From a candidate division WWE3 bacterium CG08_land_8_20_14_0_20_43_13 (GTDB lineage Bacteria > Patescibacteriota > WWE3 > PEYW01): 37,566 nt of DNA. The notes below the pieces were generated by a model that saw only the letters and a list, made by a program, of their open reading frames with translations, was not told the DNA's origin and did not search any database. Where the stretch lies: positions 1 through 37,566 of the forward strand of contig PEYW01000029.1 of assembly GCA_002774225.1 (NCBI GenBank), read 5' to 3'. Below, in pieces: positions 9,784 through 18,414 of this stretch (positions are counted from its first letter, which is position 1; each line of letters opens with the position of its first letter). Position numbers and translations under genes: made by a program.

Positions 9784-10167
9784 TTATGTTTTTGTTAGAA
9801 TTCTTTTTAGACCACCAACCGTTCTTTTAGAACCACGTTTAGTTCTTGAGTTGCTGCGAGTTCTTTGCCCGCGCACTGGTAAACCTTTTTGATGACGAAT
9901 ACCACGGTAACATCTAATATCAATCAAACGTCTAATATTCTGACTAACAACGCGCCGTAATTCTCCCTCAACTTGATAATTATCCTGAACAACATGTCCA
10001 ATTTTAGCTATCTCCTCAATACTTAAATCTTTAACGCGCTTTTCCAAGGGAATACCGGCTTTATTTAAAATTTCACGCGCCCTAGTGTCGCCAATACCGT
10101 AAATATAGGTAAGAGACACCTGAACCTGTTTATTATCGGGTACAACAATATCAGCTATACGAGCCAT
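9784..10167 (-). CDS. rpsM: 30S ribosomal protein S13
   Basis: MARIADI..P..K.V..SLTYIYGIG...A..I and YRG.RH..GLPVRGQRT..N.RT. Confidence 0.95.
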   Translation of the reverse strand: MARIADIVVPDNKQVQVSLTYIYGIGDTRAREILNKAGIPLEKRVKDLSIEEIAKIGHVVQDNYQVEGELRRVVSQNIRRLIDIRCYRGIRHQKGLPVRGQRTRSNSRTKRGSKRTVGGLKRILTKT

Positions 10168-10170
10168 AAA

Positions 10171-10287
10171 TCAACCTTGCCGCTGTTTGTGTTTAGGGTT
10201 GCGGCTACAAATTATTCTTACAACTCCGTGTCTTTTAATAACACGGCAATCTTTGCAAATCCTTTTAACCGAGGCGGAAACTTTCAT
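10171..10287 (-). CDS. rpmJ: 50S ribosomal protein L36 (38 aa; below the ORF-track size cutoff, found by hand)
   Basis: The minus strand translates to [38 protein letters not shown] followed by TGA. This is the canonical C-x2-C...C-x4-H L36, lying between infA and rpsM. Confidence 0.9.
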   Translation of the reverse strand: MKVSASVKRICKDCRVIKRHGVVRIICSRNPKHKQRQG

Positions 10288-10302
10288 ATCTACTAACTCA
10301 AT

Positions 10303-10533
10303 TTACTTAAATCGATATACTATTCTACCTAGCTCGGAGTTTACTTGGGGGAATTCCACCTTAACTTTGTCCCCAACTAGAATCTTGATTCTGAATCGGC
10401 GCATATTGCCAGAGAGATGGGCAGTAATCTCACGACCAGAATCATCATTAAGTTTAACTTTAAAGTAAGTGTTGGGAAGGGTTTTGGATACTAAACCCTC
10501 CACTACCAAGTCTTCTTGTAATTTTATCGCCAC
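10303..10533 (-). CDS. infA: Translation initiation factor IF-1 (GTG start)
   Basis: The S1-like OB fold is visible in EG.V...LPN..F.V.L..G.....H.SG.MR...I.I..GD.V.VE....D...GRI.YR.K. Confidence 0.93.
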   Translation of the reverse strand: MAIKLQEDLVVEGLVSKTLPNTYFKVKLNDDSGREITAHLSGNMRRFRIKILVGDKVKVEFPQVNSELGRIVYRFK

Positions 10534-10560
10534 AAAAGTAAAAAACTAAAACCGGGGGTC

Positions 10561-10588
10561 ATTATAGCAAACAAAGGCTAAAAGTCAA
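10561..10588 (-). promoter_or_regulatory. Near-consensus sigma70-type promoter upstream of infA: TTGACT - 16 nt - TGC-TATAAT (extended -10)
   Basis: The minus strand reads TGTTGACTTTTAGCCTTTGTTTGCTATAAT. The adk stop codon TAG lies inside the spacer, and the -10 element ends 27 nt before the infA GTG. Confidence 0.5.
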
Positions 10589-11183
10589 CACATAAACCGG
10601 CGCCGGTTAGGCTCTTTAAAACAGCCTCATGAACCTGACCAATGGTACCTGAATTATCAATATTATGCAATATGCCACGTTTCATGTAGACCTCCAAAAC
10701 AGGCGTAGTCTGATTTTGATAAAAAGAAAAGCGCTCCTTAATCGCCTGTTCGTTAGCATCTCCCCGAGCTTCTCCTTTAGTGCCATCTTCATTATCTCTA
10801 CCGCGCATTCTCTCCAAAGCTAACTCGGGAGAGGTTTCCAAATGCACCACGGCCGACAGAGTCTCCCCAGTATCAGACAGAATTTGATCCAAAAGAGGAA
10901 CTTGCTCAAGGCGGCGGGGAAATGAATCAAAAATAAAACCTCGGGAGAGATCAAAGTTGCCCATATAGGCTTTTAGTATCCCAAAAACAATTTCGTCGGG
11001 TACTAATTTTCCTAAATTATTGTAATTTTCAACCGCCTCCCTGCCCCGAGCGACATTGCTTTTATTGGCCCAGCGAATTGCGTCTCCGGAGGAAATAACA
11101 GGAACACCCCCTATTTTTTGAGCAAGCAATTTGGCTTGAGTACCCTTGCCGCAACCGGAAATTCCCAAAATCAAAATAACCAT
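10578..11183 (-). CDS. adk: Adenylate kinase-family nucleoside monophosphate kinase (short-LID, divergent P-loop)
   Basis: The P-loop is GISGCGKGTQAKLLA, there is an SSGD..R motif, and it occupies the secY-adk-infA position. The LID segment is only about a dozen residues and has no Cys4. Confidence 0.85.
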   Translation of the reverse strand: MVILILGISGCGKGTQAKLLAQKIGGVPVISSGDAIRWANKSNVARGREAVENYNNLGKLVPDEIVFGILKAYMGNFDLSRGFIFDSFPRRLEQVPLLDQILSDTGETLSAVVHLETSPELALERMRGRDNEDGTKGEARGDANEQAIKERFSFYQNQTTPVLEVYMKRGILHNIDNSGTIGQVHEAVLKSLTGAGLCVDF

Positions 11184-11186
11184 AAT

Positions 11187-11462
11187 TTATAGATTTGGTA
11201 AACCAAAATCGCCCAAACGACCGCGCATTTTCTTAGCCGCCTCCTTTTGAGAACGGGTGAGCGCTTTATTAAAAGCACGGACTAGACGAATATTCTCCTG
11301 TCCATCTACAACAACGCTAACCACCTCTTGGTCACCTTTCATTTTAACAACCACCCCTTGATAATCAGCTTCCACAAAAATTACCCCGAGTTCCTTTTTG
11401 AGAGAATCGGCCTGCTTTTTTAGATCGTAGAGCTGTTTAGCCTGATTAAATTTGTCAAACAT
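11187..11462 (-). CDS. YbaB/EbfC-family nucleoid-associated protein (91 aa)
   Basis: The N-terminal helix (QAKQLYDLKKQADSLKKEL), the beta core (EADYQGVVVKMKGDQEVVSVVVD) and the C-terminal helix (LVRAFNKALTRSQKEAAKKM...GLP) fit the YbaB pattern. Confidence 0.7.
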   Translation of the reverse strand: MFDKFNQAKQLYDLKKQADSLKKELGVIFVEADYQGVVVKMKGDQEVVSVVVDGQENIRLVRAFNKALTRSQKEAAKKMRGRLGDFGLPNL

Positions 11463-11480
11463 AAAAAATTAGGCAAAGTA

Positions 11481-12758
11481 CTAAAGAAAACCTTCGTAAT
11501 CATGCATAACCAATTGAGATTCAACCTGACGAAGCAACTCCAAAACAACCGAAACGACAATTAAAATACCAGTACCTCCTAAAGACAAATCAATGGAACT
11601 ACTAAATATATAATGCGATAAACTGGGCAAAATAGCAACTAAACCGAGAAATAAAGCGCCAAAAAGCGTGATGTGGGAAACGACTCCCCCAAGATAAGCG
11701 CTGCTTGATTTACCCGGCCGTACTCCCGGAATAAAACCGCCGTTCTTTTTTAAATCCTCTGCTATCTTGTTTGTATCAAAGGAAAGAGAGGTATAAAAGT
11801 AGGTAAAACCAACTACCAGCAGAAAATAAAAAACACTGTACCAGATTGACCGAGAACCAAAGAAGGAAACCAGGAAGGAACCAAGGCTGGAAAGGACATT
11901 GTTAGGCATAGGCTGCAAAAAACTGCCTAACATTCCCGGAACCATTAGCAACGATAGGGCAAAAATGATGGGGATAACACCGGCTTGATTAAGTTTAATG
12001 GGAAAAAATGAATTTTTACCTTGTCCCCCGTAACGAACTTGGGTCGCATATTTAATTGGAATTTTTAAAACAGCTTCATTAACAGCTACCACCCCATAAA
12101 GTAAAATGAGAAAAGAGGCGCCAATTCCAAGCAAAGAAAACATATTAACCTGACCAAACTGAACTAGAGCGGTGATTTGACCTAACGAATTCGGCAATCT
12201 AGAGATAATCCCAGCAAAAATAAGAAGGGATATCCCATTACCAAGCCCATGAACAGAAATCAAATCGCCTAGCCATACCAAAAAAATGCTCCCACCCACT
12301 AAAGTGATTACAAGAAGGAGTTGGTTAATAAGAGGTAAATTCGAGATAACCGCTTGTTTTTGTAAAAGAAAGTAAGTACCGTAAGCCTGAAGTGTTGCCA
12401 GAGGAACAGAAAGATATCTTGTATATTGGTTAATCTTTTGTCTTCCGTACTCCCCTTCCTTTGAGAGCTCCTCTAGTTTTGGAAAAATCATAGTTAACAG
12501 ATTTAAGATAATAGAGGCATTAATATAAGGGTTAAGTCCAAGAGTAATAACCGAGAAATTTTGCATCCCACCGCCAGAAAACATATCTAGAACACCCAGC
12601 AACCCATTTTTAGAAAACAGTTGCTCAAGGGCGGCGAGATTCGCGCCGGGAATAGGAATGTGGGAAAGCACACGGGATAAAATAAGAATCGCTAAGGTAA
12701 CAGTTAATTTCTTTTTAAATCCGGGAACTTTCCAAAGTTTTCGCAAAAAAGGAGGCAT
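11481..12758 (-). CDS. secY: Preprotein translocase subunit SecY
   Basis: A 425-aa polytopic membrane protein with SecY blocks (GGG..NFS...LG..PYI.ASII..LL, G..G....Q.TRY). It follows rplO. Confidence 0.95.
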   Translation of the reverse strand: MPPFLRKLWKVPGFKKKLTVTLAILILSRVLSHIPIPGANLAALEQLFSKNGLLGVLDMFSGGGMQNFSVITLGLNPYINASIILNLLTMIFPKLEELSKEGEYGRQKINQYTRYLSVPLATLQAYGTYFLLQKQAVISNLPLINQLLLVITLVGGSIFLVWLGDLISVHGLGNGISLLIFAGIISRLPNSLGQITALVQFGQVNMFSLLGIGASFLILLYGVVAVNEAVLKIPIKYATQVRYGGQGKNSFFPIKLNQAGVIPIIFALSLLMVPGMLGSFLQPMPNNVLSSLGSFLVSFFGSRSIWYSVFYFLLVVGFTYFYTSLSFDTNKIAEDLKKNGGFIPGVRPGKSSSAYLGGVVSHITLFGALFLGLVAILPSLSHYIFSSSIDLSLGGTGILIVVSVVLELLRQVESQLVMHDYEGFL

Positions 12759-12769
12759 GTGATAATGAT

Positions 12770-13192
12770 CTAATTACCTAGTTTTTTAGGCGTAGCTGAA
12801 GCAGAAAATGTAATCTCACGAGAAAATTTTAATTTTTTAGGCAACTCTCCACCAATGATTTTGATTCTTCCTTTAAACGAATTTTTGACCAGACCCCTCT
12901 CTCGTAACGATTCTAAATTCACCAAGTTGCCTTCTTTAAAAAAAGAGGCCAATTGGCGAGAGCTTATCGAAACAAGCGGTATGGAAACGCGCCTAAAACC
13001 TCCAATAAAAGGCAGTCGGTGAATGAAGGGTTTTTGACCGCCTTCAAACCAAGATTTAACACGACTTCTTGCTTTTTGACCCTTATTACCGCGCCCAGTT
13101 GTATGACCACCCTTGCCACTGCCAAAACCACGACCGACTATTTTAGCCTTTCTTGAACAACCTGACAATTTACTTAAGAAATGCAAATCCAT
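12770..13192 (-). CDS. rplO: 50S ribosomal protein L15 (ATG 13192, chosen by N-terminal alignment MDLHFL~MKLHEL)
   Basis: VGRGFGSGKGGHTTGRGNKGQKARS is the L15 glycine-rich block. Confidence 0.9.
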   Translation of the reverse strand: MDLHFLSKLSGCSRKAKIVGRGFGSGKGGHTTGRGNKGQKARSRVKSWFEGGQKPFIHRLPFIGGFRRVSIPLVSISSRQLASFFKEGNLVNLESLRERGLVKNSFKGRIKIIGGELPKKLKFSREITFSASATPKKLGN

Positions 13193-13209
13193 ATAATTAG
13201 TAAACAAAT

Positions 13210-13704
13210 TTATACTTTTTCGTCATCCGCAACACGCTCCTTACCTGGTACACGATGATCAGACATATACTCTAATGCCTTAATTAAAATCTGGCAATTT
13301 CTATTCCCGTTGTTTGTACCCAGTATCTTCGCGGAAACATCCTTTACTCCCGCTAAATCAAAAAGCGCCCGCAAAGGTCCGCCAGCCATAATTCCCGATC
13401 CTCTCGGGGCGGGCTTAATTTTTAGTCTCGCCGCACCTAAAGAAAATTCAATGTCGCAAGGGACAGTGGTACCATTAAGAGGAAAGGTAATCATGTTTGC
13501 TTTTGCCTTGCGTACGGCCTTCTTTATTGCCTCTGGAACTCCGGCAGAACGACCCAAACCAATGCCAACACTCCCTTTTCCGTTACCAACACCAACCAAA
13601 GCAGTAAAAGAAATATTGTTCCCTCCTTTTACCTTTTTGGATACACGTTTTATCTCGATTGTCTTTTCATCAATAGTTTGATCTTTTTTTACTTTATTAA
13701 ACAT
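13210..13704 (-). CDS. rpsE: 30S ribosomal protein S5
   Basis: I.RV.K.VKGG....F.ALV.VGNG.G.VG.G.G...EV..AI.KA plus the C-terminal G.G..AGG..R block. Confidence 0.95.
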   Translation of the reverse strand: MFNKVKKDQTIDEKTIEIKRVSKKVKGGNNISFTALVGVGNGKGSVGIGLGRSAGVPEAIKKAVRKAKANMITFPLNGTTVPCDIEFSLGAARLKIKPAPRGSGIMAGGPLRALFDLAGVKDVSAKILGTNNGNRNCQILIKALEYMSDHRVPGKERVADDEKV

Positions 13705-13708
13705 AGAA

Positions 13709-14074
13709 TTAAAACTCTAAACCATGCTCACGGGCACTTTGAGCCAATCTTTTAACACAACCATGATAAACATAACCAGAACGATCAAAAACTACTGATT
13801 TGACCTTTGCTTCCAAAGCCTTCTGGGCCAGTTTCTCGCCAACTAAATTGGCTTGTTCCATTTTGCTCCTGGGCCGCTTTTCTTTTTCCAAATCCAAACT
13901 GCCACAAGAAACTAAAGTCGCTCCTTTACTATCGTCAATAATCTGGCAAAATACATACTTGTTGGAACGAAAAACACACAACCGCGGTCTCTCTGCCGTG
14001 CCAGAAATTTTTCCGCGAATACGGGACTTTCTTTTTTCCCTTGCGTTCACTTTTACTCCATGACTATAACTCAT
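13709..14074 (-). CDS. rplR: 50S ribosomal protein L18
   Basis: R.R.RGKISGT.ERPRL.VFRSNK...QIIDD..G.TL and FDR.GY.YHG.V..LA..ARE.GL.F. Confidence 0.93.
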   Translation of the reverse strand: MSYSHGVKVNAREKRKSRIRGKISGTAERPRLCVFRSNKYVFCQIIDDSKGATLVSCGSLDLEKEKRPRSKMEQANLVGEKLAQKALEAKVKSVVFDRSGYVYHGCVKRLAQSAREHGLEF

Positions 14075-14095
14075 AAACAATGTATATCAAAAAAA

Positions 14096-14644
14096 CTATA
14101 GTTTACTAGCCTTTCCTGCTTTACCAGCCTTACGCCTTACCACCTCACCTTCATAACAGATTCCTTTACCCTTGTAAGGCTCGGGAGGACGAGATTTTCT
14201 TATCCTCGCTGCCACCTCACCTACTAATTGCTTATCAATACCAAAAACAGCGATCTTAGTTGTACCTTCAACCTGAAAGCTGATACCCTCCGGAGCTGAT
14301 ATTTCTACCGGATGAGTAAATCCAATATTCAGGACAAGAGTCTTTCCATTCAAAGAGACCCTATAGCCCATACCGACCAATTCCAAACCCTTCCTGTAAC
14401 CCTGAATAACCCCAGTTATCATATTTGATACTAGCTGCCTTTGTAGACCAAATTGCTCTCTTGCCCGGCGAGAGCTTTTGTCTGCGGAAAATCTAACAGT
14501 ATCATCAATAACTACAGCTGTTACTTCCAAAGGCAGATCAATAGCGGCACTCCCTTTTTGGCCAACCGCCGTTACTCGACGATCTTGCAAGGTTACAGTA
14601 ACACCACTTGGTATTTTAATGGGACGAACACCTATTCTCGACAT
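14096..14644 (-). CDS. rplF: 50S ribosomal protein L6
   Basis: The MSRIGVRPIKIPSGV N-terminus, the two-domain L6 pattern and EPYKGKGI.Y near the C-terminus. Confidence 0.93.
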   Translation of the reverse strand: MSRIGVRPIKIPSGVTVTLQDRRVTAVGQKGSAAIDLPLEVTAVVIDDTVRFSADKSSRRAREQFGLQRQLVSNMITGVIQGYRKGLELVGMGYRVSLNGKTLVLNIGFTHPVEISAPEGISFQVEGTTKIAVFGIDKQLVGEVAARIRKSRPPEPYKGKGICYEGEVVRRKAGKAGKASKL

Positions 14645-14648
14645 ATCT

Positions 14649-15044
14649 TTAAACAATTTCAAATAAAACCTCGCCGCCTAAACTTTTCTTAACCGCCTCA
14701 AGATTACTCATTACCCCTTGAGAAGTAGAAACAACAAAAATACCTTTTTTTCTTCGATATAGTTCCGCAGAACCTCTGTAGATTCTTCTACCTTGAGTGG
14801 AAATTCTTTTTATTAAGATAAAACAAGGATCCCCGTTTTCGGTATATTTTAAGGTAATGTGTAGATATTTTCTCCCAGTGCCAGTCTTTTTAAAGCGCCT
14901 TACCTCATTAAAGTATCCGTGCTTTAGCAAAACATCAGCCACACTCTCCACTAAACTAGCACAAGGAATTTCAATAAATTCCTTCCTAACTAATGAAGCA
15001 TTATTGATTGAGCTTAGCATGTTAGACAAAGTATCAACTGACAT
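14649..15044 (-). CDS. rpsH: 30S ribosomal protein S8
   Basis: D.LSNML..INNA, the GY pattern and the C-terminal T.QG.M....A.K...GGEVL. Confidence 0.93.
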   Translation of the reverse strand: MSVDTLSNMLSSINNASLVRKEFIEIPCASLVESVADVLLKHGYFNEVRRFKKTGTGRKYLHITLKYTENGDPCFILIKRISTQGRRIYRGSAELYRRKKGIFVVSTSQGVMSNLEAVKKSLGGEVLFEIV

Positions 15045-15055
15045 AATCAATAAAT

Positions 15056-15241
15056 CTAAAAACTAGCTTTACGAACACCAGGCAACTGGCCGCGAGAAGC
15101 AAGCTCTCTAAAGCAAATTCGACAAATCCCATACCGACGAATGTAGGCTCTAGGACGACCACAAATATGACAACGGTTATGAAACCGCACCTTGTATTTC
15201 GGCTGCTTTAGTTGCTTAACAAGAAGAGCTTTTTTCGCCAT
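15056..15241 (-). CDS. rpsN: 30S ribosomal protein S14, zinc-binding type Z (61 aa)
   Basis: [10 protein letters not shown]...[34 protein letters not shown] contains C-x2-C...C-x2-C. Confidence 0.9.
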   Translation of the reverse strand: MAKKALLVKQLKQPKYKVRFHNRCHICGRPRAYIRRYGICRICFRELASRGQLPGVRKASF

Positions 15242-15276
15242 AAGACGCAGTATACAAGAAAATAACAATTTAACAA

Positions 15277-15831
15277 TTACTTGACACCTTTTCTCGATTT
15301 AAAAGGCATACCTAGTTTATCAAGAAGAACAAAAGCTTTTTCGTCATCTCCAGCAGAAGTAACGATTGTTACTTGGAAACTTTTATTAAAATTAGATTTA
15401 CTGGCATCGATCTCTGGAAAGATTGTGTGCTCGAGTATCCCCAAACTATAGTTGCCATGACCGTCAAAAGCCTTTTCCGACAAACCTTGAAAATCCCTAG
15501 TTCTAGGTAAAGCAACATTTAGCAACCTCTCCAAAAATGACCACATTCTTTCCCCTCTCAATGTCACCGATAGACCAACTAGGGCCCCTTGCCGAACCTT
15601 AAAACCAGCGATTGATAAACGGCAAGGACGGTGATAAGGAAGTTGACCGGTAATAGTAGCCAAATCTTGAGTAACTTCCTGGATATATGCCTGGTTATCA
15701 CGATCTTTTCCCACACCGATATTAAGAACCACTTTCCTGATATTTGGGGCGGCCAAAGGGTTAGTCAAAGAAAGCTCCTTAACTAATTCCGGAACTATTT
15801 TTTTCTGGTATGTTTCCTTAAGTGTTGACAT
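15277..15831 (-). CDS. rplE: 50S ribosomal protein L5
   Basis: The L5 N-terminal block, A.F..R.G...G..VTLRG..MW.FL.RL and FDG.GNY..G..E...FPE. Confidence 0.93.
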   Translation of the reverse strand: MSTLKETYQKKIVPELVKELSLTNPLAAPNIRKVVLNIGVGKDRDNQAYIQEVTQDLATITGQLPYHRPCRLSIAGFKVRQGALVGLSVTLRGERMWSFLERLLNVALPRTRDFQGLSEKAFDGHGNYSLGILEHTIFPEIDASKSNFNKSFQVTIVTSAGDDEKAFVLLDKLGMPFKSRKGVK

Positions 15832-15845
15832 TTTAGAAATTTTAA

Positions 15846-16148
15846 CTAAACGGCGGCTTTGCATTTTTTACAAAAACGGTACTTTTTCCCATCTTTTAAG
15901 CCATAACCAATTCTTGCCGACTTAGAACAATTAGGACAAACAAAGGCTACTTTTGAAACATCCAAAGCCCTTTCTACCGTAATTATTGAACCTGGACTAC
16001 TTCCTCTAGCTTTTATATGTTTTTTAACCAGATTCACACCTTCAACTAAGACCCGACCTCGCTTAGGAAAGGATTTAGAAACAACCCCTTCCTTACTACG
16101 CCAATTACCTGATAATACCTTGATTTTATCGCCTTTTCTTATTTTCAT
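15846..16148 (-). CDS. rplX: 50S ribosomal protein L24 with a C-terminal Cys4 motif
   Basis: The KOW motif is [21 protein letters not shown], followed by [10 protein letters not shown]. The C-terminus is [27 protein letters not shown]. Confidence 0.9.
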   Translation of the reverse strand: MKIRKGDKIKVLSGNWRSKEGVVSKSFPKRGRVLVEGVNLVKKHIKARGSSPGSIITVERALDVSKVAFVCPNCSKSARIGYGLKDGKKYRFCKKCKAAV

Positions 16149-16157
16149 AGAAAAAAA

Positions 16158-16526
16158 TTACCAAACTTCTTTAGCCAAGGAAACAATTTTTAAAAATCCG
16201 CCCGCGCGAAGCTCCCGGGCTACTGGTCCAAAAACTCTTGTTCCTAAAGGCTCCTTATTTTTATCAATTAACACAGCCGCGTTATCATCAAATCTAATAT
16301 AGGAACCGTCCGTGCGGCGTTTTTCCTTGCGAACACGAATAATGACCGCATCAACCTTATCGTGAACCTTTACGCTGCCAATCGGCGAGGCCTTTTTTAT
16401 CACTACTTTAATAACTTCACCAACACTAGCAACTTTTTTATTCGACGCCCCGGGAATACCAATACACATTACTTCCTTGGCTCCCGTATTGTCAGCAACT
16501 GTAAGACTTGTTTGGCGCTGAATCAT
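16158..16526 (-). CDS. rplN: 50S ribosomal protein L14
   Basis: MIQ..T.L.VADN.GAKE..CI and IRFD.NA.VL is nearly invariant L14 sequence. Confidence 0.96.
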   Translation of the reverse strand: MIQRQTSLTVADNTGAKEVMCIGIPGASNKKVASVGEVIKVVIKKASPIGSVKVHDKVDAVIIRVRKEKRRTDGSYIRFDDNAAVLIDKNKEPLGTRVFGPVARELRAGGFLKIVSLAKEVW

Positions 16527-16532
16527 ATCAAA

Positions 16533-16772
16533 CTAATTATTTTTAACAACTTCTATAATCTTCCAACATTTCTTTTTGCTTAGGGGACGACACTCTTCAA
16601 TTACAACCTGATTACCTTCTTGCGCCCCCAACAAATTATCGGTCATAAATTTTTGGGTGACGCGGTAGCGCTTTTCATAAAGAGGGTGGTGACGGAAAGA
16701 GTTTACCGAAACCACCGCTGTATTGGTCATTTTGTTTGAGATAACTACACCTGTTAACCTTCTTAAAGTCAT
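16533..16772 (-). CDS. rpsQ: 30S ribosomal protein S17 (ATG 16772; a TTG at 16778 is possible)
   Basis: G.V.S.KM..T.VV.V.....H..Y.K........H D-like pattern and I.E.RP.SK.K.W. Confidence 0.9.
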   Translation of the reverse strand: MTLRRLTGVVISNKMTNTAVVSVNSFRHHPLYEKRYRVTQKFMTDNLLGAQEGNQVVIEECRPLSKKKCWKIIEVVKNN

Positions 16773-16774
16773 AA

Positions 16775-16969
16775 TCAATTAGTATTTAAATATTCTTTTT
16801 CGCTTATAACAGTCAAAATACGAGCCAAACTTTTTTTCTTTTTGCGAAGAACGGATGTGTCTTCTATAGTTCCCCCAGCCAAAGATGTTTTATAAATATC
16901 TGTTCTAACCTTACCGGCTTCTTCATACAGCTCCTTGATACTTTTTGATCTTAGCGTTTTTAAGTCCAT
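16775..16969 (-). CDS. rpmC: 50S ribosomal protein L29
   Basis: A 64-aa helical protein (LR.KS..EL, ...R..ARI.T) lying between rplP and rpsQ. Confidence 0.85.
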   Translation of the reverse strand: MDLKTLRSKSIKELYEEAGKVRTDIYKTSLAGGTIEDTSVLRKKKKSLARILTVISEKEYLNTN

Positions 16970-17388
16970 ACCTCTCCTTCTTTAGACAAATATCTTGTAG
17001 GAATAGGTAATTTATGACTCGCCCTAGTAAAAGCTTCCCGCGCTAAATCTTCGGTAACACCGGTTAATTCAAAGATAATCTTGCCAGTCCTCACAAAAGC
17101 CTCGTAGTGATCAACTGGACCTTTACCTTTTCCCATTCTTACTTCAGGAGGCCTTTTTGTAACTGGGGTTTGAGGAAAAACCAAAATCCATATCTTGCCG
17201 CTTCTTTTTGTATAGTGCGAAATAGCCTTACGAGCAGACTCTATTTGCCTAGCTGTTAGTCTTCCCGGAGAAACAACTTGCAAACCATAATCCCCAAAGG
17301 AAAGGGTAGACCCGCGCCAAGCTTTGCCGCCGGTCCGGCCCCTAAATTGCTTTCTGTACTTTAAGCGCTTTGGTTCGTTTGCAGGCAT
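16960..17388 (-). CDS. rplP: 50S ribosomal protein L16
   Basis: MP..PKR.KYRK..RGR..G.A..G..L.FG.YGL and R.G.GKG....W.A.V..G.I.FE are L16 blocks. Confidence 0.95.
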   Translation of the reverse strand: MPANEPKRLKYRKQFRGRTGGKAWRGSTLSFGDYGLQVVSPGRLTARQIESARKAISHYTKRSGKIWILVFPQTPVTKRPPEVRMGKGKGPVDHYEAFVRTGKIIFELTGVTEDLAREAFTRASHKLPIPTRYLSKEGEVWT

Positions 17389-17403
17389 AAACAAATATAA
17401 TAA

Positions 17404-18036
17404 CTAGACTTTAACATCACCTTTATAAACCCAAACTTTTATCCCAATCGTTCCATAAGCAGTAAAGGCGGTATCTTTAGCGTAGTCTATATTAGCTCGA
17501 ATCGTTTGCCCTGGAACAGCCCCACGACTAACTACTACACTACGAGCAATTGAAGATGGCCCGCCTAAGACACCAGCGCACTTGATTCTAACACCTTTGG
17601 CGCCTTTTTCCATGGCTTTATCAGCATCAGTTCTCATTATCCTGTTGTAGGGAAACCTGCCTTCGATCCGTCTCGCAATGTTACTGGCAATCAAGGTAGC
17701 GGATGTGTCAGGATTTTTGACAGTTTCTACATCAATTGTAACCTTATCTTTAGTAATTTTCGCCAACTCCTGATTAAGATTTTGAATGTTGGCTCCACCA
17801 CGACCAATAACAACACCCGGACGACCAACTTTAAGAATTAACTTAATCTGTGAAACCGAACGCTCAATTTCAACTTTCTCTAAATTCGCGCCCTGTAAAC
17901 TCTTAAAAAGGTATTGACGCAACTTATAATCAGAAAGGAGGTTTGCGATGTACTCCTTTTTTTTATTAAACCAGCGAGATTCCCATGCTAGGTGTGGTCC
18001 TACTCTAAAACTGCGGGGGTCAACTTTTTTTCCCAT
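17404..18036 (-). CDS. rpsC: 30S ribosomal protein S3
   Basis: MG.KV.P...R.G....W.S.W, the KH domain GRPG.VIGRGG and G.LGG...AR. Confidence 0.95.
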   Translation of the reverse strand: MGKKVDPRSFRVGPHLAWESRWFNKKKEYIANLLSDYKLRQYLFKSLQGANLEKVEIERSVSQIKLILKVGRPGVVIGRGGANIQNLNQELAKITKDKVTIDVETVKNPDTSATLIASNIARRIEGRFPYNRIMRTDADKAMEKGAKGVRIKCAGVLGGPSSIARSVVVSRGAVPGQTIRANIDYAKDTAFTAYGTIGIKVWVYKGDVKV

Positions 18037-18050
18037 AAACCAAAAAATAC

Positions 18051-18401
18051 TTAATTCTTTTTACTAATACCAATAACTAAATTAGTTCTTCTTTTCTTTA
18101 TACGATTGGCGTGGCCGCGCCCAACCGGCTGCCAACGTTTAAGAAAGGGCGCGGAATTAGCTAAGGCAGTACTAACTACCCACCTATCTTTAGCTAAATC
18201 AGCTCTCTGCACATTGGCATTAGCCATTACTGACTTTAAAGTTTTTAAAATGTCCGATGCGATACCCTTACGGCTCAATTCCAGCTGCTTTAAACAAAAG
18301 GACAGCTCTTTCCCCCTTATCAAACCCATTAATAGTCCAACCTTTTGAGGAGGGGCTTTTAAGGAAGGGTATTTTATAATAAATTCAGCGTTTGCACCCA
18401 T
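18051..18401 (-). CDS. rplV: 50S ribosomal protein L22 (116 aa; ORF-track start 18506 would overlap rpsS)
   Basis: PQKV.L...LIRGK....L..L, the A.ANA motif, and the R..P...G.A..I.KR..N. C-terminal hairpin. Confidence 0.9.
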   Translation of the reverse strand: MGANAEFIIKYPSLKAPPQKVGLLMGLIRGKELSFCLKQLELSRKGIASDILKTLKSVMANANVQRADLAKDRWVVSTALANSAPFLKRWQPVGRGHANRIKKRRTNLVIGISKKN

Positions 18402-18414
18402 AATTAAAATAGGA

